Part shown: piece after piece, positions 1 to 13,376 of the stretch
Position numbering within the stretch: the first letter of the stretch is position 1
Layout of the letters: every line of letters starts with the position of its first letter
Translations under genes and position numbers: made by a program
The notes under the pieces: generated by a model
Told to the model about the DNA's origin: nothing
Databases searched by the model: none
What the model saw: only the letters and a program-made list of their open reading frames with translations
Origin: Camelus ferus
Lineage: Eukaryota
DNA length: 64,000 bases
Direction: 5' to 3'
Assembly: GCF_009834535.1 (NCBI RefSeq)
Contig: NC_045697.1
Span: forward strand, 54,376,001 to 54,440,000

Positions 1-1479
1 TTCTCTGACATAGTAAATGAAAATCATTGTGCATAAGTTTCTAACCATGAAGGAACTGAAAAGATCCAAGGTTTAATTTAAGAAATGAAACCAACGTTAC
101 AGAGATACTATTTATATATTAATTGATATGAAGAAAGCTTACAAAAATTACTGATGCACTAGTTTTCTTTTCTATAATTTGAAAATAAGGATAGAAGAAA
201 TAAATACTGGATGCTCAGGACAGGATGTCCGCAGACATGGTTGCGGGGTGGTTACTATAAAGTAGCAGAAGGGACCATAGACCCAACTTTCACTCCACAT
301 CTGGGACTATCAAACTAGCAGACATGTGCTATATCTTTTGTGTCCACTTTTAGGATATTTGTCACGTGGGAGTAGTATTCTTCTGCCTCTATAACAACAT
401 ATCATATTATAATCCTTTGTTACACACTTTAAAGTATAATTTAACAACATAACAACACCACCAAAAAAAAGTTATCTTATATATTTTTAAGTTTACTTGA
501 AAGAGAGAATTTGAAATACCTGGATTCTTATATAAAAATTAATTATAAAAGAATATGTTAAAGAATACTATATAGTTAACTACACTAAATAATTGGTTTA
601 GGGACTCCAGTTACTTTCTGGAATTTTTTCTTTCCCTCATGTGATATAATTATTTTTATTGATCTTCAGAACATCCACTTTAGTCTGAGATTTTTCGAAA
701 GACAACCCCTTATGTATAACCATGTCTTTGGGCTTTGGTCAGGTTCCTCTTTATTAAAACATGTATTGATTGGTATGTTAAGCCTCCTATATTTGATAAG
801 TATTGTAATGACCAATTTCTCACCCAAAGAAGTGGTTTTAATACCATAACGTAAATGATCATGATTTTTCAGTTAATAGACTCATCCTTGTGTTCATCAT
901 TCTGAAGATCTTCCCATCAGTATAGTCTAGAACCTCCTTGCCCTCACTTGCCTAAATGGTGACTTGGAAAACATTTGCGTATTTTTCTTCAGGGAAAAAG
1001 GAGGGAACAGAATGGAATAAGGTGAAGGAGCTGGGAAAAGTAAAAAATTAAGTCCATGTGGTATGAAAGATTCAGAGTTTGTGATATGTGTGTCTTTTGA
1101 CTTCCATTTGAATTTCTAATCTTGTTCTTCCTTACTTCTGGGGAAATGATTAGTTCCGAAACCCCTGCTCAAGGCCCTGCCCAATAATCCTAAGTCATTT
1201 TCTGAAACTTGGCATTTGGTTTCAGGTCAAATATCTGACAACCCTTTTCCTCCAAGGTTTGCCAAGAAACTGACCTTATTAAAAATAGGAATTGCATGAG
1301 TATTACTGGAAAAATTCCTATAAGTCCTCCTTACAGCTTCCGGGAACACCCTAAGCCTGCAGTTACTATTCACGCTAAGGATGGCAAGCTTTGGTATTAT
1401 TTAAGGTGTGTGTTGATCTTTTGATCTATTGTGAGGCTTGGGAAGATGAATACAATAAAAAAAAAAAAGTGATGGAGGA

Positions 1480-1555
1480 GGGTGGGTATAGCTCAATGGT
1501 AGAGCACATGCTTAGCATGCATGAGGTCCTGGGTTCAATACCCAGTACCTCCATC
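1480..1555 (+). mobile_element. tRNA-derived SINE (camelid vic-1-like)
   Basis: gggtgggtatagctcaatggtagagc...gggttcaatacccagtacctcc; Pol III A box TAGCTCAATGG and B box GGTTCAATACC; near-identical to the copy at 43284. Confidence 0.85.
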
Positions 1556-2379
1556 TGAAAAAGGAGGTGGGGAATGGAGAAATTAAGGGCACTAAAACAA
1601 AATATGAATAACTTATCTTAAAAAAGAGAGAGAGAGAGAACCTTAACTAAAAGCATTACAAGTTTAGCTATACATATTTTGATTTGGAAACAATGCCATA
1701 TCAAAAACTGGTTCTACAGCATCCATCTTATTAAACAAATACCTCATTAAACAAATAATATATTCTAGGGCTAGGTGTCTGAGTTCATACTGAAGCCTAT
1801 TTTTAAAAGCAAGAGTATCATTCAGCAGGCATCATTTTTGGTCTTCAGTCTAGTCTCTTACCCTGGTTTCAGTTTATGGTATTCCCACTCTCCCAACTCA
1901 CTAGTCACTATACGTTAAAGCCAATTTTGACTCTTCCTTCTCCATTATCTAACCATTCACCAAATGACTTCCAAAACAAGATTGCTAATTAAAACAAGCG
2001 TTTATCCCTCACTTTCTTCAAATCTCACTGAAATGATAGAAAACAAACAAACAAACAAAACCCCAAAATGTCTAACAATGATAGAAATGTTGCTACCAAT
2101 GGACTGAAAGAATGAAGAGTTTCTGGAAGGTAAAACCTAGAGCTCTGCGTAAGAGTAAAATCACAGCAGCACAGTTGCCAGCAAATTCACAACACTCTGG
2201 ACATAAAACACTAGCCTCTAAGAAAGTGAGTATTCCCAGCAGGAGCTTGGAATGAACTCAAAATCAGAGACAGCAAAGGTTATGAGAGAAAGCCAGAGTG
2301 GGTAACTAATTAATTAATTAATTTAAGAAATTAGTTATTTCCACAGGAAATAATATAATGTAAATTAATTAAAGGGCTG

Positions 2380-2900
2380 AATCAAACATTCTACTAGATG
2401 TTCACACTAATGCAATTAGAAAAAGGAAAGGAAGTAATACGTGTTCTTTGAAAAGAATGAAGAAAAAGGATCATTATTTACCAACAATATTACCATGTAC
2501 TTAAAATATTCAAGATACCTAATCGAAAAATTACTGGTAGCAATAATAGAGTTTTTACCAACACATAACAAGTAACAGTTTCCTTAATCACCAAAAATAA
2601 CAAAATATAAAAGTTATTATTTTTAAATTCCATTTAATAGCAACTAAAACTATAAGCTATACATGAATAAAACTAACACAATTGTGTAAAACCTATATGA
2701 ATAAAAAGATATAATCTTACTAAACAACATAAAAGAATAAATAGAAAAAAAAATGTTCCTGTAAGGAAGACTCATTATTTTAATTATATTGATCCTGTCC
2801 AAATAAATTATATGTTCAATACAATACTTTAGTTTATGGTAAAGATGTTATTTCAAATTCAATAGATAGTGTTGGGACAATCAGCTAGCCATCTGGAAAA
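2380..2900 (+). mobile_element. Old L1 ORF2 fragments
   Basis: Degenerate similarity to the L1 ORF2 region around RQEKEIKGI...LFADDMIVYLENP...LLELINEF; boundaries approximate. Confidence 0.5.
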
Positions 2901-3519
2901 TATAAGTAATATTATTTGTGTTTCTGGCATAATCACTTGATTATATAAACAGCTTGTGCAAGATTCTGTTCACTTTTTTGAAGAATAGGACCAGTTAAGA
3001 TTATTTATAAGGTCACTTGTAGATTTAAATTCTTTGAATCTGTGGATTTATTCCTACAAATTCTAGGATCCTATTATCTAACCACTGCAACTCAAAATGT
3101 TGCCTCCTGTCTCTGAATACCTACAGAAACCACAGTCTGTGGTACTAATTTTTTCACTTAGTATGTCTTTTCCTTGTAGCTATGGATGCTCCCTGGATCT
3201 ATTGCCCCAATCATCTCCTCATATTCAAATAATATTTGGGGAACAAAAGTCAGTGAACAGGGGATTCATGAGAAGTGAGAGAAAATAATGTACAACCTGA
3301 AGAGAAAATGTAGATTTACAAATCAGGAGAAATGTTTCTCAGCCTAAGAGAACTGACAACAGTTGAACTATCCTGAGCATATAATAGCTATATTATTCTC
3401 TTTTCTTAGGATGTTCTTTTGCACAGGAAACAAAACAGTGTAATACTATTACTCTTCTACAGTGCAGTGCAGTATTTCAGGGTCTTTTCTTCAGAGATAT
3501 CAGTATCTTGCTCACACAC

Positions 3520-4500
3520 TGTCATCTTCTAAAAACATTGCTCTTGACTCTGTTCTCTTCTAGCATCATTTTCTTGCTTCCTTTCTCAGTAAAATTTTGT
3601 TGAAAAAGTTAGATATGATTGCCGTTTCCACCTCCTTGTCACCTGCTCTCACTTTAACCCAGTCCACCTGGAATTCCTTTCTCTCCACCCCATTAAACTA
3701 CTCCTACAAAGGTCACTAAAGACCTCACTGTTACCAAATCTGATGGTCACTTTTTTTTCCAATTAAAAGTATAATCAGTTACAGTGTGTCAATTCCTGGT
3801 ATACAGCATAATGTTTCACTTCCTACTTGAACTTCTCATCATTACTTATCTTCCTCTCTGAAACTTTTCTCTTTTCGGATTTTAAAATACTTTCTTTGCC
3901 ATATTTTCTTCTTCATTAGCTGCTTTTTCCAGCTGCCTTTGCTGGTTCCTTATCATCTGTAGATCTGTAATTATAGGTGGTCCCCTCTGCCTTGTCTAGA
4001 GTCCTCCCCTCTTCTCCCTTCTCCATCTTTCCCCTTCCTTTTTTCTTCTCTCTCCTCAGTCTGTACTCTCTCTAACTTACTCATCCAAACTGTTTAAAAG
4101 CCATCCACACTGATAACTCCAAAAAGGGAACTACTGATCTTTACCCCAAGACCTGTTTCTCCCAGAGTCTTACCCATCTTAGTAAATAACACCAAAATCA
4201 GCCCATTTGCTCAATCTAAAAACTCAACAAAGGAATACTCCTCTAGACCAACAAATCAGTACATTCTATTAACTTCACCACCAAAATACAACTTTAATCT
4301 ATCTGCTTGTCTCCTGAATTGCAGCCCTTATCATTTTTCTTGCCTGAGCTCCTACAGCTGCCTCCTAACTGGTTTCTTTTGTGTTTGCCTAACCTCCCTG
4401 TAATCTATTTTCCACACAGTAGCTAAAGTTGTCTTTAAAAAATAAGAATCAAATCACATCAGTTACCAGCTTAAAAACCTTCCAAAGACTTTCAAGCTCA
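3520..4500 (+). mobile_element. L2 fragment; appears to continue at ~6760-7210
   Basis: aaggtcactaaagacctc...ccaaatctgatggtcac and ctgcctcctaactggt L2-type motifs; the distal piece ends tcaatagatacttactgaataaa. Confidence 0.6.
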
Positions 4501-5250
4501 TTCATATTTATGTAAAGATATAAACATAAAAAGAAAAGAAATCAAAAATTAAAACTTACATAAATGGAAGAATAGGATCAAAACACATAAAATGGATTTT
4601 TTAAGTACAGACTTCTTTTTTCTTTTCTGCTTATTTTTTACCATTCCTCCCTATCCCTCTACACATATCTGCAAACTCCACTTCAAAGTAATCCATATTA
4701 ACAAAGTAGTGTGTATCCTTCCTTATTCTCCTAACTAGATTTTACTTTTGAATACCATTTAATAGATTCTTTAATGACAAAAATTTATCTATTCTCTTTA
4801 TTTGGAATAGGTAATTTATCTGATTTTATTTCTCCATTTTGCTTTAAGTAAATAATGGTGATTGTTTGGGTTTTTTTCCATTTTCTTGTCCTTATTTTTG
4901 CTGATTTACATTGTTTTTCATTCTATTTTTTCCCTCTTGAGAGTTTCAGTATTCTTAGTTAATAGTTAACTGTCCTGGAACTCAAAGTTAGATAAATATT
5001 CTTCTATTATTAAAAAAGTTATTAGCACCATCAAAACACGATTTTCCTTACCTAACCCCATTTCCATTCCCCACTCCTGATAAGGCTTTTTAAAACTTAT
5101 TTTCCCTCCCTCCCCTGCCTTCCCTTCCTATTCTTATAAGTAGGTTTTGCTGAGATAGTACCTCAAGTTCTTAACTGTTGTTAGGATGTTTCTTAAAGTA
5201 TGTTGCTTCTACTGCAAGCATTTAAATTACACATTTGTTGTATTGAACAT

Positions 5251-5273
5251 ACACACACACACACACACACACA
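5251..5273. repeat. (AC)11 microsatellite
   Basis: Direct reading. Confidence 0.95.
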
Positions 5274-5748
5274 TGCCCCCCTCATGTTTCATTGCTCAGT
5301 ATTTCTTCCCTCTTCTCCTTCTCTTCTCTATTGAGAGTTCAATTCTGATTTATATCTTGCTTTTCTAGAATCTTTAGTCATGTATTTTTCTCAGTTGTGA
5401 CATGTGAATGATATATTACTAGATTCTTGAATATCCATAAATATCTTTCTTTTACTCTAACTAGCGATTATATCTTGAGTGGGAATAGGATTGTTGAATT
5501 GTCAGCTTTTTCTCTCTGAGTATGAGGATATTATTCCACCAGCTTCCACCTTCAATGTGACAGATGAGATATGATTCTATTTCTTCTATTGATATATTTT
5601 TCCTTTGATATGGAAGTTTGTAGAGATTTTTTTTGTATCTAAATTCAAAAATTCTCCTGATACGCCAAATCTGCCTAAAAATGTCTATCCCTTTGAATCT
5701 TCAGATTTTGATATTTATTTAACTCAGAAAAATTTTCTCCCACTACTG

Positions 5749-5751
<3 letters not shown>

Positions 5752-5793
<42 letters not shown>
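5752..5793. repeat. (TTA)14 microsatellite
   Basis: Direct reading; it explains the poly-Leu and poly-Ile ORFs. Confidence 0.97.
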
Positions 5794-5794
<1 letters not shown>

Positions 5795-8064
5795 ATTTCC
5801 TTCATCGTTTTCATTTTCTCTTTTCAAGGTCCTATTATTTGTAGCCACTTCTTCTGGAACCATGATCTAAGTGTTTTGCTTATTTTCACTCATTGTTTTC
5901 TTCTTTTTAAATTTTACTGTTTTAAAATATTTATTCTATTTGGATCTCAAGAGGAACACTTACCTTTTTTAATTGACCCTCTAAATTTTCTAACTTATAA
6001 ATTGTGGTTTTCAGTACCACATGGTCTTTTTCTGATGTGCCTGAATGTTCTTATGTGTGCTTTTTTCGGCCGTTGTTGTTAAGGTTGCGGTTTCCTCCAG
6101 AAGTTTTGTTTTGATGAGCGCCTAATCTGTTACTTCCTTTCTCTGGCTGTTGGGTTTCTTTACTTGCTTTATCATTTTTCCTTGTTGGCTTATTTGGGTC
6201 ACCGTCTTGTTGTTGGAGGCAATCCTACAGGATGGAAAGGTGAGATGTTCTTAAATCCTGCAGGCAGAAGGTCGGGCAGCAGGCTCTCTGCCTCTCCATA
6301 CCAAGGACCCAGGAGGAAGTCTTCCAGCTCCCCATTTTCTGCCCACTACTAGCCTAGCATCAGGAGCAAGGAGGCTTCACACACCCCACCCCACCCCATT
6401 ATGGTTCCTTCTTAGCCTCTGTGGGGCCATGGAAACCCACTCACACAGTCCAGTGCCAACTTTAGCCTGGGGCATCCACAAACCTCTGTTGGCCAAGATC
6501 TCCCCAGGGCCTGTTATGATTCTATCCATACACAGGACTCTCAGACAGTCCTCTAGGTTCTTCCCTGACCCGTGGAAAAGAAGGTTTCTCATTACTGTCC
6601 TGTTTCCACGTTTCCTATAAAACCCAATTCCACCTGGCCCCAGAAGAGCCAGAGTATTCAACTGGAAATAGAAGAAAAATACAGTAGTTTAGTTACCATC
6701 TTGTCAGGATTCCCTCATTCACTGTATTTAGGAATAACATCTAAACTTACTACTGTGGCCAAATAAGGTCTCTGTAATCTCATCCACCTACTTGGGCAAC
6801 CTCAATTTATACACTCACTCCCTTGCTCACTTTACTTGAGTTATGGCAACTTTGCTTCTATACCTCAAATATACCAATCTCATTCTTACTTAGGATCACA
6901 TCACCTGCTGTTCACTCCATCTAGAATATTCTTCTCCCCTTGATTGTCAGCTTTACATCTTTCAGGGCTCATTCAAATGTCACCTCTTCAAAGTGGCCTC
7001 ATTTGACCATTCAAATACTGTTCCCTGAATCACTCCATTGTATTACTTTAACATTTTTATATCACCTAGCCCTGTGTTAAATTATCATATTTATATATTT
7101 ATTTCTTGTTCTGCTTATTATCTGTCTCCTTCATTTAATCTCCAAGAAAGTATGGTTGTATCTAATTTGTTCAGAATTTTATTTCAATAGATACTTACTG
7201 AATAAATTAACACATCCCAATTGCTTTGGAGCAAGAGGAAATATATAAATTAAATCTTCACAATTCCAATAATGAATTATTGCTTTGAAAGACTGTCTTT
7301 GACAAAGTGAAAGTCATGGACAGTGCAACTTTTTGTCTGGTGCTCTGTGAAGGTCCTGCTGTGAGAAATCATCCATTAGAACAGCTGAGAAAATGATTCT
7401 TACATAAAATTTCTCTAAGATATTTCTACATATCCTGCTTTGAGCCCATCAGTAGCCCCTAACTGAAGGAGCAGGGGAAATGGTTTGCAGTCCAGACATG
7501 AAGAGGGACTGCCATAGTACAGAAGTTTTAGGAACATCTCCTTATGGGGACACTTCTGTTCAGTCTTATGCCATTGATGTTCAATAGAAGGCTGAACATG
7601 GAAGACAAATTTTATCAGTTGGACCTTTGAATTGACACCTCTTCAAAAGGACTATTCTGCCCTATCATGTTACTATTAGGAAGCAAATATTTTTGCCTCA
7701 CCTTGCCATGTAATTTATGGATTTGCGGACATCTATGAATTAATTGAGCTAATATAAACGTAATTTTCCCCCAAAATAACCACCTGTTTAACACACATTG
7801 CATATCTTTCTTAAGCGGGTCATGATCTGCAGAATTTTTAACACTACGTATTTGATGATATTAAGGAATTATTTAATTCCTAGGATGTGGTGGTAGTAAG
7901 ATGAAACTGGTTTGGCCGTTTATTGATAAGTGGTGAGGCTGAATGGTGGATACATGGGGTTCACCATATACTAGACAGTTTTTGTATATTTGAAGTTCTC
8001 CACAATGAAAACTTAAAAATTAAAAAAGAAAACATAAGTTATTATTTATTTTATTTTTTAACAG

Positions 8065-8132
8065 ATAAATGAAACATTTCATGAATCCAAACTAAGAAGA
8101 CAGTATGTCAAATCTCATGTTGTCCAAGTAAG
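8065..8132 (+). CDS. TMPRSS11C: TMPRSS11C-like protease, internal coding exon (probable exon 4, SEA domain), INETFHESKLRRQYVKSHVVQV(S)
   Basis: Acceptor ttttttaacag|ATA, donor AAG|gtatgt; 68 nt, phase 0->2, joins the next exon in frame. Translation resembles the recalled mouse Tmprss11c SEA region (MNETFHESKLRKQYVK). Confidence 0.88.
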
Positions 8133-10150
8133 GTATGTAAAACAGCCTGAGAGGCACAGAGAATAAACTTTTCCTTTGCCTTCATATCTCATATTCAACA
8201 GACTATCTTTGCTTATTATATAACTGAAAGGTTAAATTTAAGGCTTCAAAATGACTAGCATTTTCAAATGTGAAAAAAAAGGAATTCAAGGTCTGTTGTA
8301 AAATTATTAAGCCAGAACCAAGAATTCTTGCTGATGGTGAGTATTGGGTAAAGGTTAAATGGGTTTACTTTTTGTTTGAAGGCACAAAGTCTAAAAGCAA
8401 ATCTAAAATCAAGAGAAGGTGTCAGTGTGAGAATGGGTAAGATAAGAGAGCTGTGTACAGAATCCCTGACCCAAGAGTAGCAGACTAGTGGCAGACAATG
8501 TGGAAAACCTTGCTTACAATCGTGGGTTAAATGTAAAAATTTGGAAATTTCACATAAAAAGCAGAATTATCAGAATGTGCTAAAAAAAAAATCAAAAGAT
8601 CTAACAACATAGGACCCACATTCCCACGTGGCAACAATATTCTGAAGTTGCACTGTTTGCAGCAGGCCCTAACACTCCCACAATGTATGCATATGTATTT
8701 ACACCCAACCAGCTTCACTCCTTTACCTTACCTTCCTGCCCTTCTAGAAATCCAATTCCACAGCTATTTTCTGGCAGCAAACATGTTTATCCAAACGCTA
8801 GTAAGGAACAGGTAACCCGTAACAGATATGAAAAAATAATAACCACAAGCACAAATAGAAAAGTTACTATGCTTTGGAATAAACCCCTTCCTAAAACTAG
8901 AACTTGTACTATTTAATTTTCTTGATTGATTTTTAAATAATCCATGCTCTTAACCAGAACCCCCAGAGAACTTTATTTAACCCATTTAACCTGATAGAAG
9001 CCCTGTGTGATATGTATATATTAGTTTCTCATTTTGCAGAGGAGGAAATGGAAGCAAACGCAGGTTAAATGACTTGCCAAGGTCACACAGTTAATATGTA
9101 ATAAAGCTGTAGTTGAACCCAAGCAGTCATATCTAGATTACTGCATCAGCTGGTCTAATCTTCAGCTTTTACTCCTTCTATTACGCATTCTCTACACAGC
9201 AACCAAAGTGAATTGGAAGAGGACATCATCCCCCTACTTAGCATCCTCTGGCAGTTTCCCACAAATGCCATGCTCCTTATATACAGCATTTGACCCAGCG
9301 CTGCTTCTCTCTGACTTCATCTCATAGCCTTGTCCTCATTCAACATTTGAAATCCACACAGACCTGGTATTATTCCTCCAATAAACATGCCAGAATTGTT
9401 CCCACCACAGGGCTGTCAAACCACAAATTGCACCAGAGTTGAACAAACAAGGAAGACATTGTTTAAGGCTTTTGCAACAGGGTAGAAAAGCCAGAATTAA
9501 ATCCTAACTTCCTTGAAGCAGAGCACCATAGGGTTTTTAAAGGCTGGGGTGAAAGGGAGATCTTAGGCCATCTCAGTTTGCTAACTGGCTTTGCCCAAAG
9601 AAAAGTAAACTTTCCATATCTCTTCATTACAGAAGAACTAGCCCACTCTTGCAAATTGTCCCTCCACTAAAAAAATAATAAATAATAAACGATTCTCTCA
9701 TCTTACCTTTTACATCTCATTTTGTTATTTGCTCTTGGTTCTTCCTACAAAGTCCATAGTGCAGTTATAATACATAGATACATTTATATTAATAATTTTT
9801 GCACAGCATTCTGAGATTTTTCACAATACCTCCACATGCATTATCTTATATGGTGTTTACAATAACTCAGTCAATAATATCATCTCCATTATAGAAATGA
9901 AAAGCCATCTCTATAATATACAGAGTACGATACTCCATGCTGTAGTCAAGGAGCTGGCAAATAGTGAATCTAGAATACAAATTCAGTTCCCATTAAGTCT
10001 AGATCACACTCTCTTTACTGTTCACCATGTCCATTTTCACTCCCTTGGGAGGAACTGGAATATCTGCCAGGAGCTCTGGTTAACAAACGAGAGAATGACT
10101 CCACTAAGAATGATAAAGGAGTAATTTCTTTGTCTGTTTCTGTTCTGCAG

Positions 10151-10314
10151 CCGAGCCAAAGGAAAAGTGATAATACATGCTGTGCTGAAGTTTAAATCCT
10201 GTTATATAAATGGTGCGGCAAAATTTTGGGATAGTGTTGAAACCATTTTACATCAGAAGTTAAAGGGCAAAACTGGGTCTTTGTGTATAGAATCTTCTTC
10301 ATTTAAATTTTCAG
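10151..10314 (+). CDS. TMPRSS11C: TMPRSS11C-like exon (probable exon 5, SEA domain), RAKGKVIIHAVLKFKSCY...ESSSFKFS
   Basis: tttctgttctgcag|C ... CAG|gtaagg; 164 nt, phase 2->1, no stop codon. Confidence 0.92.
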
Positions 10315-12924
10315 GTAAGGCTTTTTATGTATGATATGGAATGATTTTCATCTTTTAATTTGAATATGGTGTTTTGTTGTGCAAGTGAAGACAATACTTT
10401 TCTCTTTGAATATCATTTCATATACAATAATACTGCTTTTAACCACTGTTGAAATAATCAAGGTCTATGTTAATCAATTTTTTGTTGTAATATCATCCTT
10501 ATAGTCTTAGAACTAAATCTTACTTGATGATAGAGTTTGTTCTTGTTTTTTTTTTTTTTTAATAATCAAGGTCCCAAATAACACTTCTTTGCAAAACAAG
10601 GCAGTCTTAAGCTCAGACTCTTCTGGCTTGTTCTGTGGGTTCTTGATTTTTCCCCAAGTTCTTTCAAATGTCTCAAGAATCTAGGCTTCTAAATTCCAGA
10701 ATTGAGTCTGAATCTCTTTAACATCAGACCTACTTCTTGATAGGCCTTTCATGGACTTCATCTCTCTCTTCCTATGTACAATCTATTTCTTATTCTTGGT
10801 CACCTAATAATACTGTAAAAGTTGGCTTCTGAAAGGTAGGGACAAACATCCTTGGTTCCCAGGATAATGAGTGTCTGCCTGGTCTTGATAAAAGCATAGC
10901 CAATACTGGGCACAGCTAAGCAGTTCTACCTGGCTATCAGTTCTCTGTTACAACAAATTTGACCAAGGGCAGAAAAGTATTCCTATCCTATAGGAAGGAC
11001 TGAAAGGACTGTGAAAAAAAAAAAAATCTAGGCCAAGTGTTCAATTGTCTGGAGCATCAAAAGAATCAAAAAACTCATCATTCCTCAGGAATAGCAAATT
11101 GTTAACTAAACATATTGAGTTAACCATTTAATCACCATGATCTCATGTCTTAAAAATTGTTCACATTTAAATCCTATGAGAATAATGGAAACACATTGAT
11201 TTATAGACAGTTCAGCTTAAAACATTTATAAATATTTCAGCCTTGCCAGGGTGTGTTGGCATGTTTTTGTTGAGAACAATTAAAATTGTTCACAGATAAT
11301 TCCTATTTCCTTACAAATTGATTATTACCCATGATCCTTCGGAGGAAAATCTTATAGAAAGAGGAGCACTATGTTGTTTAAAATGATTTCAAAATGCTGA
11401 TTAATTTCCTTGGTATAGGACATTAGAGGATCTTAGCTTAAATGTCTGGTTTTAATTTAAACAGTGTTAAACATTAAAAAACATTAAACATTAAACAGTG
11501 TTAAACATTAAAAAAAACACTAAATACTTTTGAGATACAGTCTGCTCACATATTCTGGTTCTCAAATATGCATAGAAAGCAATGTCTAAAACAGACTTTA
11601 GCATTAAAAACTGACATAGTATTTTGTAACTACACCATGTATGGAATTTTTTTTAATTGAAGTCAATCACTAAAAACAATTAGAAGGCAGGGTATATTCA
11701 CACAATTAAGCTGAAGAAAGCACTAAATTTTTCTGTATTTTTTAATATATATATATATATTTTTAGTCAGATTTAAGTTTTTTAAACTCTATGGAATGTA
11801 AATATATTTTGCTATTACTGTATGTGTAAGTGAGTGCTCAAACACTTTGCAAGGAAATTAAGATGTTTTAGAATGTTACACTATGCATCAAATGAAATGT
11901 GCCCTTATGTCACTTTAAGAAAAAGTGTTTTGTAGTCATAAATTATCACAAATTCACAAATTAAAGTTTAAGTTTAAAAAAAAATCTAAAAGCAAAACAT
12001 GAACATGCTTCTTCTGGATAAAAAGCCCTCATGTTGTTGAAATGTGACTCTCCTCGGGTTACATCAGTCACTTTGTCTTAGAACCTTCCTTCTCATGTGG
12101 CTTATCCTACATGTGATGACCTCAAAAGAACACAGAAATAAAGCAGCTGTTCAATTTATGGAGAATTTGCCACCAAAGATATATTTTTGGAAACTTACCT
12201 GCTAAAAACGTGAAGTCACATAGTAAAGAAATGGCATTATATTCCTAGTATTCCTCCAAACGTTAAGAACATTATGTAGGATCCTAGGAAAATAGACTTT
12301 CTGGGGGTCTTTTCCAGATTTATGATTTTTCTCAATAGTTTTATTTATTACAATGCCATCCTACAAGTTTATGAAAAGCAATGACAATTATTAAGTGTAA
12401 TACACCTAAGTACAGATGGTTCTTTGTTAGGACCTTAATTTCTACCCGTTGCCTAGAAACTCCCTGTCTCTCCTTCTTCACCCCTCATCAGAAGCTAAGA
12501 TGCCTTGTGACACTGGCAGGGGTTCACAGGTGCAGGAACAAACCCAGAAGCCAACGAGGCCAGGCCTCCAAAAGTACAGTGAAGTGCATTAAGACAAAAG
12601 CTCACATTCATGACAGCTCTTACTTAAAGAGATTATGAATCTTCATTGGTCACCACTTAAATAGATCTCTGGCTTAGGGATTTATGAAAGCTATTTAGAT
12701 AGCCAAGGTTGCTGTCACAGCGTCTTTTGAATAGCCTGACCTTCTTATTCTGTCAGGTTAGTTCAGTTGCTTAGCACCTACTCCTAAGTATGTCAGGGTT
12801 GTATATTTCATTTTCATAGAAGCTGCTAATGAAGAGGAAAAAGACATCACTGGCCAGAGTTATTAGTTACAGTGAATGGCAGAATACAGCACCAGTGTTC
12901 CTATACTATGCCTAGAAAGAGGGG

Positions 12925-13150
12925 ATATAGAATAATGGCTAAGGTCACAGGTCCTGCTTATGAGATTTGAATCCCATGTCCTTTACATATTAGCTATGTG
13001 ACTTTGGAGAAATTACTTGACATTTCTATTTCTCAGCTTAACCACCTTATAATGGAGATGATGATAAAAATACAAAACAGTTCTATGGTTGTTGTGCATA
13101 TTTCAATTACTTAATGCACAGGACTGATACAGAGCATTATTAATTGTTGG
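12925..13150. mobile_element. MIR SINE fragment
   Basis: tttgaatccc...tagctatgtgactttggagaaattacttga core motif. Confidence 0.65.
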
Positions 13151-13345
13151 GTTTTTATCAGAAGAAAAAAAATACTCAAAATCTATATCCTATGGATTGC
13201 AGGTTTGCAAGTCAACTATTTGCTATTATTTGTTTTCATAGTCCTGCCCATACCCTCCCCCTAAATTTCAGGCTGCACCATGGGTGAGGGGGAATGAACT
13301 GTGAGAACGGCCTTTCAAAGCACTAGTGCAGTAGGGCCAGCTCCA

Positions 13346-13376
13346 CATCCCCATCCCCATCCCCATCCCCATCCCC
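13346..13376. repeat. (CATCCC)5 hexamer repeat
   Basis: Direct reading. Confidence 0.95.

Noticed and set aside
1480..1555. Possible tRNA gene (also at 43284)
   Set aside because: Diverged tRNA-like head, no oligo-T terminator, two dispersed copies, one with a tail and TSD: a SINE.
5605..5863. Poly-Leu and poly-Ile ORFs resembling signal or transmembrane peptides
   Set aside because: They are translations of the (TTA)14 microsatellite.
1..8064. Search for TMPRSS11C exons 1-3 (cytoplasmic tail, transmembrane helix, start of SEA)
   Set aside because: No convincing match found by eye; they probably lie upstream of the window, but a missed exon cannot be excluded.
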